From Takakia lepidozioides (lineage: Eukaryota > Plantae > Bryophyta), in NCBI GenBank assembly GCA_030704615.1, contig CM060734.1, positions 25,606,001-25,670,000 on the forward strand: 64,000 nucleotides of DNA, written 5' to 3'. This document shows positions 26,966 to 38,400 of the stretch, piece after piece (the stretch's first letter is position 1; every line of letters starts with the position of its first letter). Position numbers and translations under genes: made by a program. The notes below the pieces were generated by a model that saw only the letters and a program-made list of their open reading frames with translations, was not told the DNA's origin and ran no database searches.

Positions 26966-27263
26966 ATGTTTAATCCAGGGATGTACCTCAGATCTTTCCC
27001 CTCATGGCTGATCTTCTTCCTATATCAATCCCTTAATCTTTCTTGTAAAGAATAAGAAGGAGTGGCATCCAACTCTGGTTCTTCCGGTATGGGTGATGTA
27101 CTCTCTGGTCTTAATGGTGTGAGAGGTCCAGATGATTCCCCTATGTCTATTCCTCTCTCCCAAAGATATGAATAATTAGTTTTCAAATAACTTTATTTTT
27201 TTGCTGAATATCTGTGAAGTCTAGCTTCTCTTTCATCACTCATGTCCCATGTCTTTCATATCT

Positions 27264-27850
27264 TTAATGAGGCAATAACCAATACTCTCTTCTGTAGTAT
27301 CTCTCGTATATGCCTGGATTTCTTTCAAGCTTTAATGCACCCTTGGCTATACTAGAAGACTCCGTTACCATATAACCATATGGCAAGCACGTCTGGAAAG
27401 CTCTTCTTGGTGTAAGTTTGATCCACGGGATATCCTTAGGAATCCAATTCTTTACCAGTATAAGTTCTTCATGCATATGAGTATAAACATTCACTTTCCG
27501 TTCCTCCCAGCTTTCAAACTCCACTCGTTTAATGGATAGCAATGCTATCACATAAACCAGCGTTGGTAACCAACTTGCTCTCCCTCTACAGGCCACTTGA
27601 TAAATCTTTATCACTCCCTTCTCCAGACCCCACTCAGGATCAGCATCATGCACTCTCTTAAGAATGTTTTCTTTGCAACCGTCTGGCAATTCCAAGAACC
27701 TTTGAAAGAATTGTTTCGACAATCTTTCTTTCTCAGTTCCACATGGAATTTGATTCACATCAAATTCTTTGATTCTCCAACCACCATGATCCCACCAGAT
27801 GCCTGTCACATTTGGTTGTTCTCGACTCAATTCTCTAGTATGGTCGCCAA
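27264..27850 (-). CDS. Extra 5' ORF of element C, unknown function
   Basis: Homologous to 15002-15469 and in the same position after the PBS. True start uncertain. Confidence 0.65.
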
Positions 27851-28483
27851 ATGTCAAGCGGCTTTTACTCACCCATCCCTTCGCTATCCGAGGTGGAAAC
27901 TCCAAGATAGAAGAGTTGGATATCTCTAAGCACTCAGCCCGCTCAGAACAATCAGTCATGACCTACAGCTAGTGTATCATGGTTGTGCTTCCTGTTTGTA
28001 TTTCTTCTTGCTTTCATGTTAACAAATTACCTTGTTGTGTATACTTAAGCATCAAATTGTTTCAGTAATCTTTCAGGTTCCATTCACTCATCCATTCATT
28101 CCACAGCTTCACTCAAGTCTCTCTACATAGTGTGATTGTATCGAATAGGTGTCAGATTAAGATTTGTCATGTATCAGGCCGAAGCCATGGTGTCCCTAAT
28201 CTGCTCTACAGTCTAACTCTACAGCTTGCATTCATCAAGCATCAACAGATCGTGTCTCCTCCTCCACTGCTCTCTCCATCCCTCGGCTCCAGATCGTCCT
28301 TCTCTCCCTGATGACCAAGTCGTTCTCCCTATTGCTGCTACTCTGTCTAATCTATCTGCAAGCCGTTCTAACCGCCTAACTAACTAACTGTCATTCAAGA
28401 GAGAATGCACGTTCCCTCTGCAGATGTCGTTCCCACACAGTCGTTCCCTGCCAATAATAACCATTCATTGTGAATGTTGTGAC

Positions 28484-28745
28484 GGTTGTGCCGCACTGTG
28501 TCGGGCTGTGACTGTGCCGAGCTGTGACTGGCTGTGTCGGACTGTGCCGAGTTGTGTCGGGTTGTGTCGGGTTGTGTCGGGCTGTGACTGGCTGTGTTGG
28601 GCTGTGACTGGTTGTGTTGGCCTGTGTCGGGCTGTGATAGACTGTGAGGCTGTGATAGGCTGTGATAGGCTGTGTAAGGCTGTGACAAGCTATGTGCTAT
28701 GTCAAGCTGTGTCTAACTGTGTAAGACTGTGGTTGACTGTGTAAG
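28484..28745. repeat. Degenerate 5/10-bp tandem repeat (TGTGTCGGGC / TGTGACTGGC), probably within LTR C
   Basis: Directly visible reiteration of about 25 ten-mers. Confidence 0.85.
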
Positions 28746-29046
28746 CCTGTCTACCACCCCTAAGGCCTGTGTTGGTCTAAGTCTACCATCCCTAAGTCTG
28801 CGCAAAAATTAAGGGTACCCCACAAAACCCATAAAACTATGTAAGTCCCAGACAACCCTCTAACAATGTGCTCATGTGAGCGGAGGATGATGTGAGGAAC
28901 CAACTGGGTGAAAATATAGCCCAGCAAAGGCTGCATTTGCGATGTTGGCAATGCAATAGTCAGTGCAGACTATGAAATGAGGTTTGCTCACGTAAGCGGC
29001 AGAGCGAAATGGATATAAGAATACAGTGGATGGAGAAACCAAACAC

Positions 29047-30400
29047 TTACATTTCGAACATATGCTCCAAGTTGGTAGTATCGATATGTCCACCATGCCA
29101 GCTTTCCAGCGCAGGAACATCATCATCTCGCGTGGCACCGGAGGAGGACCACCAGGCACGGATCGCCACAAACGACACCTCTGCTTCCGCCTCAATACTT
29201 GCTGCTCTCCACTTCGTGCACAGCTGAATGTGTGCTTTCTGAAGGTCCTCATATATGTATTTTTTTGTCCATTTCTCCAAGCTCTGGCCCCAATGGAATT
29301 AAGCCACATCTCCTTTCCCGATCGGGCATTGGTTCCCCCCCTCCATACACCTGACGCACAGCAGCCCAGTTGGCATTTGCATTGTCTGCCATGAAACCTC
29401 GGAAATGTGGTGGGCCCTTTCCTGCTCTTCGCATCTGATCATTGATGCACTCCCACATCATTACTTGTGATGCTGTATCCTCTGATTTCATTTCACAAAT
29501 TGCGATTGTCATAAGCTTGCGGTAATTCGGATGGTACACGTGACACGCCATTGTGCTCCAGCCGTTTATTCTTTTGACGTTGTCGAACATAATCCAACTC
29601 GACCCCAGCTCCCTACCGGGCCGCATCATGTCCACCAAATGCACTCCACAACCTTTACCAACAGTTGACATCTTGAAGACAAAACATCTGTCGTCCACAC
29701 TCCTTGACCTGGGAACCGGCTCCCTTGGATACAGTCGTACCCGCTCCAACTTTTCATTGTCATTAACGCTTCTACATCACTCCCAATCCCCATTTCCGCT
29801 TTTTTCTTTTTGGTCTCGTAACGAACACCACATCTGCTCACTGCACCCACTTCCTCCATGAGCTCCTCAAACTGCTCATCAGATAGCTTCCAACTCTCTA
29901 TTGCACCTGGAGATAACACCTTGTCCATGATGATTGATTCAGCAACAGACAGCGGAATTGTTTTGGGCCTGGCTGAGGGTGACCTTTGGATCTGTTCCAC
30001 AATTGCACTTTTCGCCTTTGCTGCAGCTTCCCGACATTGCCCAGGTGCAGAGGGGGGTGAGTGGTTGCCAACATGGACGGTTGCTCTAGTCATTGTTGGG
30101 GCGGCATAGACGTAAAACATTTTGGCTGGGCAAATGTGCATGCACGTGGGTGTATGATTGCACACTGCGCAGACAAAGGTGTCTGGGGGAACTTGGCTCT
30201 GTGGCTTGAACTGTACGTTGGAGTGTCCTAACCAGTGCATCTCATTGTGCTTCCCCTCCCTCAGGAAGAAGGGCACGTTCCTTGGACGCACCTCAACGCT
30301 CCAACATAGTAATCGGATGAAAATCGTCAGCGCGCCAACTGACAGCGGCTCATTCAGCTGGCAACGGCCATTTTGAAACTGCCATTGACGTTTTCTTCCT
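29047..30400 (-). pseudogene. Fragment (F1) of GCM-like/MULE transposase
   Basis: C..C..PTC..CPAK..HVGNH, IQGSRFPGQG, WIMFDNVKR..WSTMACHVY, FRGFMADNANANWAAVR and WW motifs, homologous to 43006-46599 and 53148-56653. Both ends are missing. Confidence 0.85.
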
Positions 30401-30445
30401 CTGAATGAGTGCTAAAAAAAAACTCAGCGAAAGTGGAATGGCTTA

Positions 30446-31125
30446 TTGTCGGTGCCGACCACGACTATTTGAATGGCATGTACATTGTCAAATAGGAGGG
30501 AGAGAGTTTTTCTTGGTAGTCGGCACTGACTTCATCAACTTTAAATCAATTCCGAGAACGGATCTGCCAGATATCGATTGAATTTGTAGACACATCGGGA
30601 TAGTTGTTGGTGACTATTACAGTCAATGTTCAAATCGGCCGACGGATCGGCCTATGTTCACTGGGGATGTTCATTTCATGAAGTTCATTTTCAAAAATTG
30701 GCTCGCAAACGGGTAAGTCGGCAGCGACTATTGGTTATAACGGCAACCTCTTTCGAAATATGCACTGTAGTCGCTACCGACTTCCTTGCGCACCCACAAA
30801 TTACTCGAAACACTCCCTTTTTGGCCTTTATTGTGCTGGTAGTCGGCACCGACCTTCAATTTCCAGGAAATGTGCACCTTCCAAATGGAATATTCATGGA
30901 TATTCGCCTCTAAATTGAAGCATTCCCCGCATTGTGAGGGTGTAGTCGGGCGCCGACTAAGATAATCCGCGTATCTTGTGCCGGATTGCGCCGCATGAAG
31001 GTACTCAAACAAATCAAAGTCGGCACCGACCTTACGGAATTCTTCAAATTCAATGGTATCCAGAGAGTTCAACACACTCAACAGTTCGGCTTGAATGCCC
31101 TTTCAGTGTATGGTAGGCGCCGACC
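30446..31125. repeat. Array of about 8 palindromes, (GTA)GTCGGYRCCGAC
   Basis: Centres at 30453, 30524, 30722, 30775, 30847, 30951, 31024 and 31118. Confidence 0.8.
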
Positions 31126-32241
31126 AATGCTTCCGACACGCATTCTTCAAGGTTATCGTGTGATCATTCACATCAATCACGCGCTATCTGCCACATATTT
31201 GTGGCTCCTTCAGAAACTTCCACGAGCCTGCAAAGGACATTAGTCACGGATATTGTGGTCGGCTGAGTGTGCGCAATACGCCTATCATATGGATGAATGT
31301 GGTATGGACGAGTTCATGATGGCAATATGGATGACGTTCTCCAAACCCTAACCTCCATACCACTTAGAAGTGCGGGACGGAAATTGAAAAATGAAAGTAG
31401 TGCGTTTGACGAAACATAAACTGTATTATTCATTCGTCCTCCATTTCTCACCCTTAACTTTACTTGCGTAATCCAGTCCAGGCCACGTGGCGGAAATGAT
31501 TAAATCCACTTGCGGCCGGGCACGTGGCGCTGACGCAAGTTGCGGAATCTGGTAGCCATCTGTTATTGCTCAGGTAGGTATGGATGGCGTTCATTCAACG
31601 TACATGTCTCATCCGGATCAAAGTAAGATGGATGTCGTGATTCCATGGATGAGGGATCGTATGTTTCATACGTTAGTGCATTTTCAAAATTTCTTGCGCC
31701 ACATGGTACATAGTCCAGGTAAGTCGTGCGGCCGGATACGTGGCGTCCCCGCACTTGCTCCATTTTGTAGCCATACGTTACAGCCCCCGTAGGTCCGTTT
31801 CTCATCCCATTCCGGATTCTGTTTGGCCTATAGGTTGATCTGGGGGGAGGACAATGAGGTGGTGAGGGTGGATGGATGGTGAGGGACATGCCATGGGTAC
31901 CGGATAATAGATGATTAAGGCGAGTGGGGAAGTCTGTAGGTCTGGAGGTGCAGTGGGGTTTCTGGACAAGCAGCAGCAGGGTTAGAGTGGGTTCTTTGTG
32001 GCGGAGATATTTGGGGAAGGGCAGAGTGCGTTTGTAGCGGAGGTGGTTGGGTTCAATGGCTGCTAGTGGCGTCACCTCAAGGGGGAGTTGGAGAAGGGGG
32101 TGTTGGTGATTAGGTAAGCTTTGTTGAGTGAGGATAAGGATAGTGATGGCAGAGGGGGGGGAATGGGCGGCGAGGGGCGCCCATTGTAGAGCCTGATGGG
32201 TGAGGGGTCCGGGTGGGGGGTGCGCGAGTCCACCTCCGGAC

Positions 32242-32300
32242 GGGGGCTGCTATTTCATGAGCCATGAGCCATGAGCGGCATGAGCCATGAGCAGAGTCGT
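32242..32300 (+). repeat. Left TIR of E2, (CATGAGC)n
   Basis: GGGGGCTGCTATTTCATGAGCCATGAGCCATGAGCGGCATGAGCCATGAGCAG; inverted copy at ~47360-47427. Confidence 0.85.
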
Positions 32301-32705
32301 AAGTGTGGAAAAAAACATGAGCAGCACTATTTTCCGGAAATGAGTGTCCGCGGGAATAGGGTTTTTAGGGTGCCACGGTCATAGGGGGGAAGGACCTCCC
32401 GATGGAGGAGGTTCGGCAATGTTATTTAGAATTATATATTGAAAGGCAATGTTTCGCGAATGGTAGGGTGGTACTGCTCTGTACAATGGGGGCCCATTTC
32501 AGCCTACCAGCCACTTGCAAAATCCACCCACACTCCCAATCCCAAACGAAATGAGCAATGACGCATTCTGGGAACGATGGACACAGAATAGAATAAAAAG
32601 AGGGCACAATGAGGTTTTTATTGATCCACATGAATTGCATTTGAAGCACGTCTACTGTGCTGATTGTGCCATCAAATCTTGAGCCCTGTGCCTACTGAAT
32701 ACAAG

Positions 32706-33759
32706 TCACGTTGTCAATGGGACTTCGACTGCTCTCAGAACTAGCTCATGAGTCATGGGGCTCCTCCATGTAAAGTCGATTGCAGCCGTTGTACCGCCCC
32801 TAGTGATGTTCACCACAATGTCCTGCCCTTCAATCATACCACCATCGAATATGGAAATCTTCACGTTTTCGTCGTCCACACCAATGCGAATGTCCCCATA
32901 CAATGGAGAAGAGGAGCGCACTCCTTGAGGAGAATAGGTCTCTCCGATGGAGTCCACCCACGTCCAGTGGCAGCAGTTCCACCGCAACAGCATAGCAGTG
33001 CGCCTTCTTCTGCATGGGTGACCGTCGTAGCTGGGAAAATCGGAATCGAGGATGCGCAGGAGCCACGGACTCCTCAGACCAAGATCGTCACCCCGCTCGA
33101 AGGCGTAGTGGCCTACGATATACTCAAAAAAAGCCACCAATGTTTCCACAATCGAACCAGTATCTTCTGTGTAATCTGTGTACCAGATAACAATGTCTCC
33201 CGATGTGGCCGAATACATTGCATAATCGATGCCTCCAAATGGGCAGTCGTCCCGGTTCCGGAAGCACGCATCCTTGCAAAGGAGGACCTGAGGACGACTT
33301 GGATGGATGACAATGACCTTGCGGACAGCTACGAAGCCCTTAGATTTTGGAAATGATCGAAGCGAAGAGCAGTCCGGCCTCCAATAATGGAGCATCTGGG
33401 TCCACGTACCCACCGACGGAGGTGGATGATACATCTTTCTCATCAACAAGTTATAGTTTGAGATCTGCCACCGAAGTCCATCCCCCCGGATGGAAATTCG
33501 GCGCCGCATTTACATCGAAGAGGGGATGGACTTCGTCGTGTCCAGTGGCTATCGGCCCACCTGGCAGTGAGTGCCCATAGTTTGCATGGCAGGGTAGGAA
33601 ACTGAAACGGCTACATTCATGAAGCAGCCAATCTTCATCGGTCCAGGATCCTGTAGGGGGGAAATTTAAATGTGCCCTGGAGTGTTTGTGAGGAATTGCA
33701 GCGTTAGCTTGAACTTTTTCCAGCCACCGCGCCTCCTCCTCCATCCGGGCTGCTGTCAT
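32706..33759 (-). pseudogene. Cargo ORF of unknown function (one apparent frameshift near 33490)
   Basis: 267-aa open frame plus an upstream frame from ATG 33759; paralogous to 33770-34378. Confidence 0.6.
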
Positions 33760-33769
33760 TGAGCGTACT

Positions 33770-34378
33770 CCGCTACTCTTTTTCAAGGATGCCGTGCCGC
33801 CGAAATCCAGCCGACTGCCCTTATCATGGCCACGATTATGCTATGTTCAAACCAGAATCAGGAGACATCATTGTCTGGCTCTCTGTTTTCACAGACGCTG
33901 CTGGAATCAAGCAAGAGTCTTTGCGCGCAATGGAGTATCTGGAGGGCTATTACCGCTTTGAGCGAGGTGAGGGCGAGGGTCAATGCGGTCCGTGGGTCCT
34001 GAAAATTGTTGACCTCTATACCAAGCTGGAAAGGGATGCCGGACAGATCACGCACGGCCTCGCTTTGGCGCTGGAACACTGCTGCCAGTGGACCAGGAGG
34101 ACGGCACCGGGGAAAACTATATACGTGCAGATCACTCCGCTCTTCCAGTGTATGGAGACATTCGGCTGAGTTGCGAAGACGAATCGCACGGGCACATGAG
34201 GCCCACAGTGACCTTGTCAATGTATGATGGTGGTATCATTGATGGACATGACATTGTCGTCGGCTCCAGCAAGGGCAGCAGAACGACCGAATTGCAGTTT
34301 ACCTCGAGGTGCCGCAGCAGTGATGAGCTTGTTTTGAGGGGTATCGAAGTTTCCGTCGACTTGGTGAAGCCCATGTAG
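33770..34378 (+). pseudogene. Second, 5'-truncated paralog of the cargo ORF
   Basis: Shares CP..G.DYAM....GDI..W, Y..G.Y.FERG, PW.L.I.D, CC.WT, P.YGDIR, DGG.I.G.DIVV and ELVLR..EV with 32706-33509; frameshifted. Confidence 0.65.
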
Positions 34379-34618
34379 AAGGAGGAAGGGCTTAGTTTTG
34401 TCTGCAGTTGGTAAATGTGAGACATCGTGTCCGATCAATAAACCCATCGTACCTCACTTCTGTATGATTGTGTTCATTGTTGAATAACTGTCGGAATTGG
34501 CCCACTGTTTACAATTTGATGTCTCATTTCTACAATGTGTCTGTCCGGATGAATATAGCAGTAACCGGTATGTGAGTCATGTGTCAAGAATATACCAGAG
34601 TAACGCCATGTCGGACAT

Positions 34619-35327
34619 GAAATGCGGCACCGCATTTCCACATCGAAATGGGACATTTCATGTGGGACAATGCGGTGCATCATTTCCGTCCAGGTACACG
34701 AAATACCAACACGGGTCTATAAATTGGACAGAAAACGAGGTTGGCATTGCAAATGCGGCGACGCATTTCCAGCTTGGCAATGGAAAACTTCTTTTTGGAC
34801 AAGGGAATGCGGTGCCGCATTTCCGTCCAACACTTCGAAAAGTGTGACATTTCCGACCAGCGCGATGGAATGCGTTACCGCATTTCCGAGAGAGGGTCTG
34901 CAAATGGACAAATTGCGATGTCCGTTCTGGAAATGCGGCGCCGCATTTCCATGTCCGTCATCGACTTTTTTTTACAATGGAATGCGGTGCCAATTTTTGC
35001 TGATGGGCCTGCAGTTCGAACAACGACCATCCCCAATGGAAATGCGGCACCGCATTTTCAATTCCGCCATCTCGACCTCCTTGTTCGACCTCCTTGTTCG
35101 ACCTCTGTAGCGTGGTGGCATCCATGCAATGAGCGGGAGAGGCCAAAACTGGCGTGTGGACAAAGGAAATTTTGGAAATGCGGCACCGCATTTCCAATTC
35201 GATTACTTTTTACTATGCCAACATTGAAATGGAAAATTTAGTCCCTCCCCTTTTGGAAATGCGGTGCCGCATTTCCAAAAGAGGTTCTTAGAGTTGCCAA
35301 AATTTTGGAAATGCGGTGCCCCATTTT
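34619..35327. repeat. Cluster of about 11 GGAAATGCGGYRCCGCATTTCC palindromes
   Basis: Centres include 34628, 34759, 34813, 34876, 34939 and 35048. Confidence 0.92.
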
Positions 35328-35464
35328 CTGATTTTGGGAGCGTCGTGGTTTGGGCGATTGTGTGGCTGGAATGCACACTGGAGAGGGTCACGAATGTCGG
35401 GCAGAATTTCCTTTATATACTCTGGAAGAGAATTTACATTTACAGAGACTTCATTAAAATTCTA

Positions 35465-38400
35465 TTAATCTTGAAAATCATCCGAATCCTCATCCTGTTC
35501 TAGACTGTCCTGCTCCGCCTCCACCCCCTCAGTGCCTTCTCATCTCCAGCGGACTGCTCGTTGGCCAGGCTTTCGAAAATCCCATCTTCCCCTTGCGGAA
35601 ACTGTCCATCTCACCTCCGTTGGGTCGTCTTCCTCCCTGTCTGCGTCGCTCTCATCCGCTGAATCACATATGTACTTTCGTACCCGTACCTGTCTGAGCT
35701 GCTGCCAACTCTTTCCTTATCCTTCTGTCCTCCCTAGCCCTCTCCAAAATCTGCTCTACTTTACTGGGATTCTCACTTCTTCTAATCGCTGTATTTGCGA
35801 GTTTAGCTGCATAACTAGGAAGGGAGTAGTCCCTCACCGGGCTCGTCATGAAGTCGGCCCTCGCAAAAACGGGACCCCCCAATCCTGCACATGACAATCA
35901 TCAACGAGACTAATGAGAACCACAGTCGGGAAATTCGTTTGACATAAATGACCCAGAAGGCTTTGCAAACTTACAATGTTTGCACTCACTCGTATTCCGG
36001 GTTCTCCTCCGCATCAATGTCCACTGTGTCTTCCTCGGACTCCGACGAATCCGAGGAGACTTCCGCTCTGTCGGGAGCCCACATTCCGTTGCAGCCCTTC
36101 CAGATGGGATCCCCACACGGATGAATCCTCGTAGGCAAAGAGGTGCCGGTCGGAAAACCGCCCAGCCCACATTGAGGCACCTGTTACAATGCATCCACAC
36201 ATTACCACATGGCGCTTCAGATGTTGCGAACTACATCCTAACGAGAATTTGCAGAACAGCATAGATCAAGATTCTGCATACCTGTCCCACAGATGAGGTC
36301 GAGCACTGTGCCCTCCACGTCTGTGCATGTCTCCATAATTGTCTGAATGAAGGCAGGGCTCCGAGTCCGTGAGTACCGCAGGGGTTCCGTTGAAGTGAGG
36401 CTATGAGGGAGAAGTTCCTTGGGAACGTTGTTGAACAGAACGTCGTAATCGAGTGGGTCGCAGTTCGGGTCAACCTTTCCTCCCTCCTTCCGGAAAGCAA
36501 AAGGTGGAGTTCTCCTTCACAAAGCAGTATGCATCGAACTGCTTCGTCTGCATACACAGGGGGAAAACGATTAGAAACCGAATGCGGCACCGCATTTGAA
36601 AACACCCAAGCAAATGAATGGACGAGTGCCAGTGTCGTAATCACCTTCTTCCCTTCCGACCGAAGGCCCAGTGTGTTGATGCACGTCCACTTCTTTTTCA
36701 GAATCGGGACGGCGCTTGCGGGTCCACTTCGCAATTCCTGTCTGAGTTTTTTCCTCTGCTCGCCAGGACAACCACACAGCCTCTGTCGTCCAACACCATG
36801 CGGGCAAGCCCGAATCCTTTCTTCCAAAAGTCCTCCGAGTACCTGTTCCAAGATGGCAAAGCTTGCAGTCCTTCCACAGGCTCTCCGTCCGGAATATCCA
36901 AGATGATCATATCGCAAGACCACTCGGTGGCATTTCCGCCCCTCCTACAATCCTTGTCTGCACACACCCTCTCAAAGAACGAGACCATATTCTGAAATCC
37001 TGGGGTGTCGGAAGGCTCTTCGGCAGTCGCCTTCTTCAGTGCTCTGCCCTTCAGACCCTCCATGGTCTTCATGTATGCCAACTTGGCTGCCCGTCCATCC
37101 AAAGCCGCCAGAAACTCTCATTTACACACTGGACTACTGTTTCGGGAGCCACTTTCGGCCTCTTCATTTCCACCGGCTCGAAAGGGTGCCCCCCTGGGGG
37201 GTTGAAGAGTGCCTTCTTTGCCGAGCCAGTTCTCGTGCCTCTCGTGACAACGGTGGGCACAGGGGAGGCAGCCTGCGTTTGGGGGGGTGGGCTGGTTGCA
37301 AAGTCTCCATCGGAGTCCTCCTCCTCACCCTCTTCCTGAACAGGCTGTTTCTGCTTCTTCGTTTTGGCGGGTGTCACAACAGCTGCTCCTTGCTGGCGAG
37401 TCCTCTTCTTCGACCCCTTCTGTTGGGCCTGCACAGCTGCATCACCCGTCTTTTGTGCCATCTCAGCTGCCTTTCTGGATTCTTCCAGAGCAGCAGATTC
37501 CTTTGCCGACTTTGGCCCAGCAGGGACACGTCTTTCCTTTCTCTTTCTCTTCTGCCAAGGCGTGCAGATCTTTCTCAGACTCGTCAACAATACCGCCAGA
37601 CATGTCCAGGTACCACGGGCATCCAACGAGATGCGCGGGATGCCATTGTTTCTGCATCTCGGGTGTGTAGACACAGCTTGGGCCCGCCCACGGTCCAAGC
37701 CATGAAGAACGGGGGCTCTTGAGCCAGGGCCCCTGTCTGAAGGAGCACGTATTTCATACCTGCAAGGCAGTCAGCATGCGTGAGCAAAAGTTGAGACAAC
37801 CTACTCGCAGAGTGCCACCAAAACATAAAATGCGAATGCGGTGCCGCATTTCCGAGACAAACCTCGTAACCAGGCTTCGCATACAAGGGCAGCTGTGCTT
37901 CACCTGTAAACAATTCGCATTGCAGCTTTCCCCGCTCCCTCCTGATGTGTAAACTCCACGCTCCTTCTTGCTGTCTGTAGCTCTCTGGCGAAAAGGTTGT
38001 CCTTGTACGCACATCTGAAACGTGTCACGTAGTCTTCCAATGTCTGTGTTCCATCCCATTTGACGTACAAGCCGAACGAATTGTGTGCATTACGACTTGC
38101 TCCTTCGCATTCGACATTACCTGCGATTCCCAAATGCATTGTCACGTAGCAGTTCAGGGAATTCATGTCAGAAAAGCAAATCTGGGGAAGTACTTGAATT
38201 ACCTGGAACCACCAAGTCATACGGTTGAGCCACACATCCACTGCAGGGTCGGAAACTTCCAGTGGAAAAGACCACATTGTCCTTATGCTCTCGGATGCAT
38301 TCCAGATCGACAGCCACCGTGTCTGCCATTTCCGATCCAATGTCAGGAGCTGGAAGAGAGTGGCTATTGCTAGGAAGGAACTTCAGTGCATTGAAACCTC

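Larger units (their letters stand above)
23980..28760 (-). mobile_element. Ty3/gypsy element C (relative of B), 5' part only
   Basis: On the minus strand: LTR ending ..CTTGACA at 27852, PBS 27833-27849, extra ORF, gag and protease. It is cut at 23980, just before RT. The LTR start is not resolved. Confidence 0.88.
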
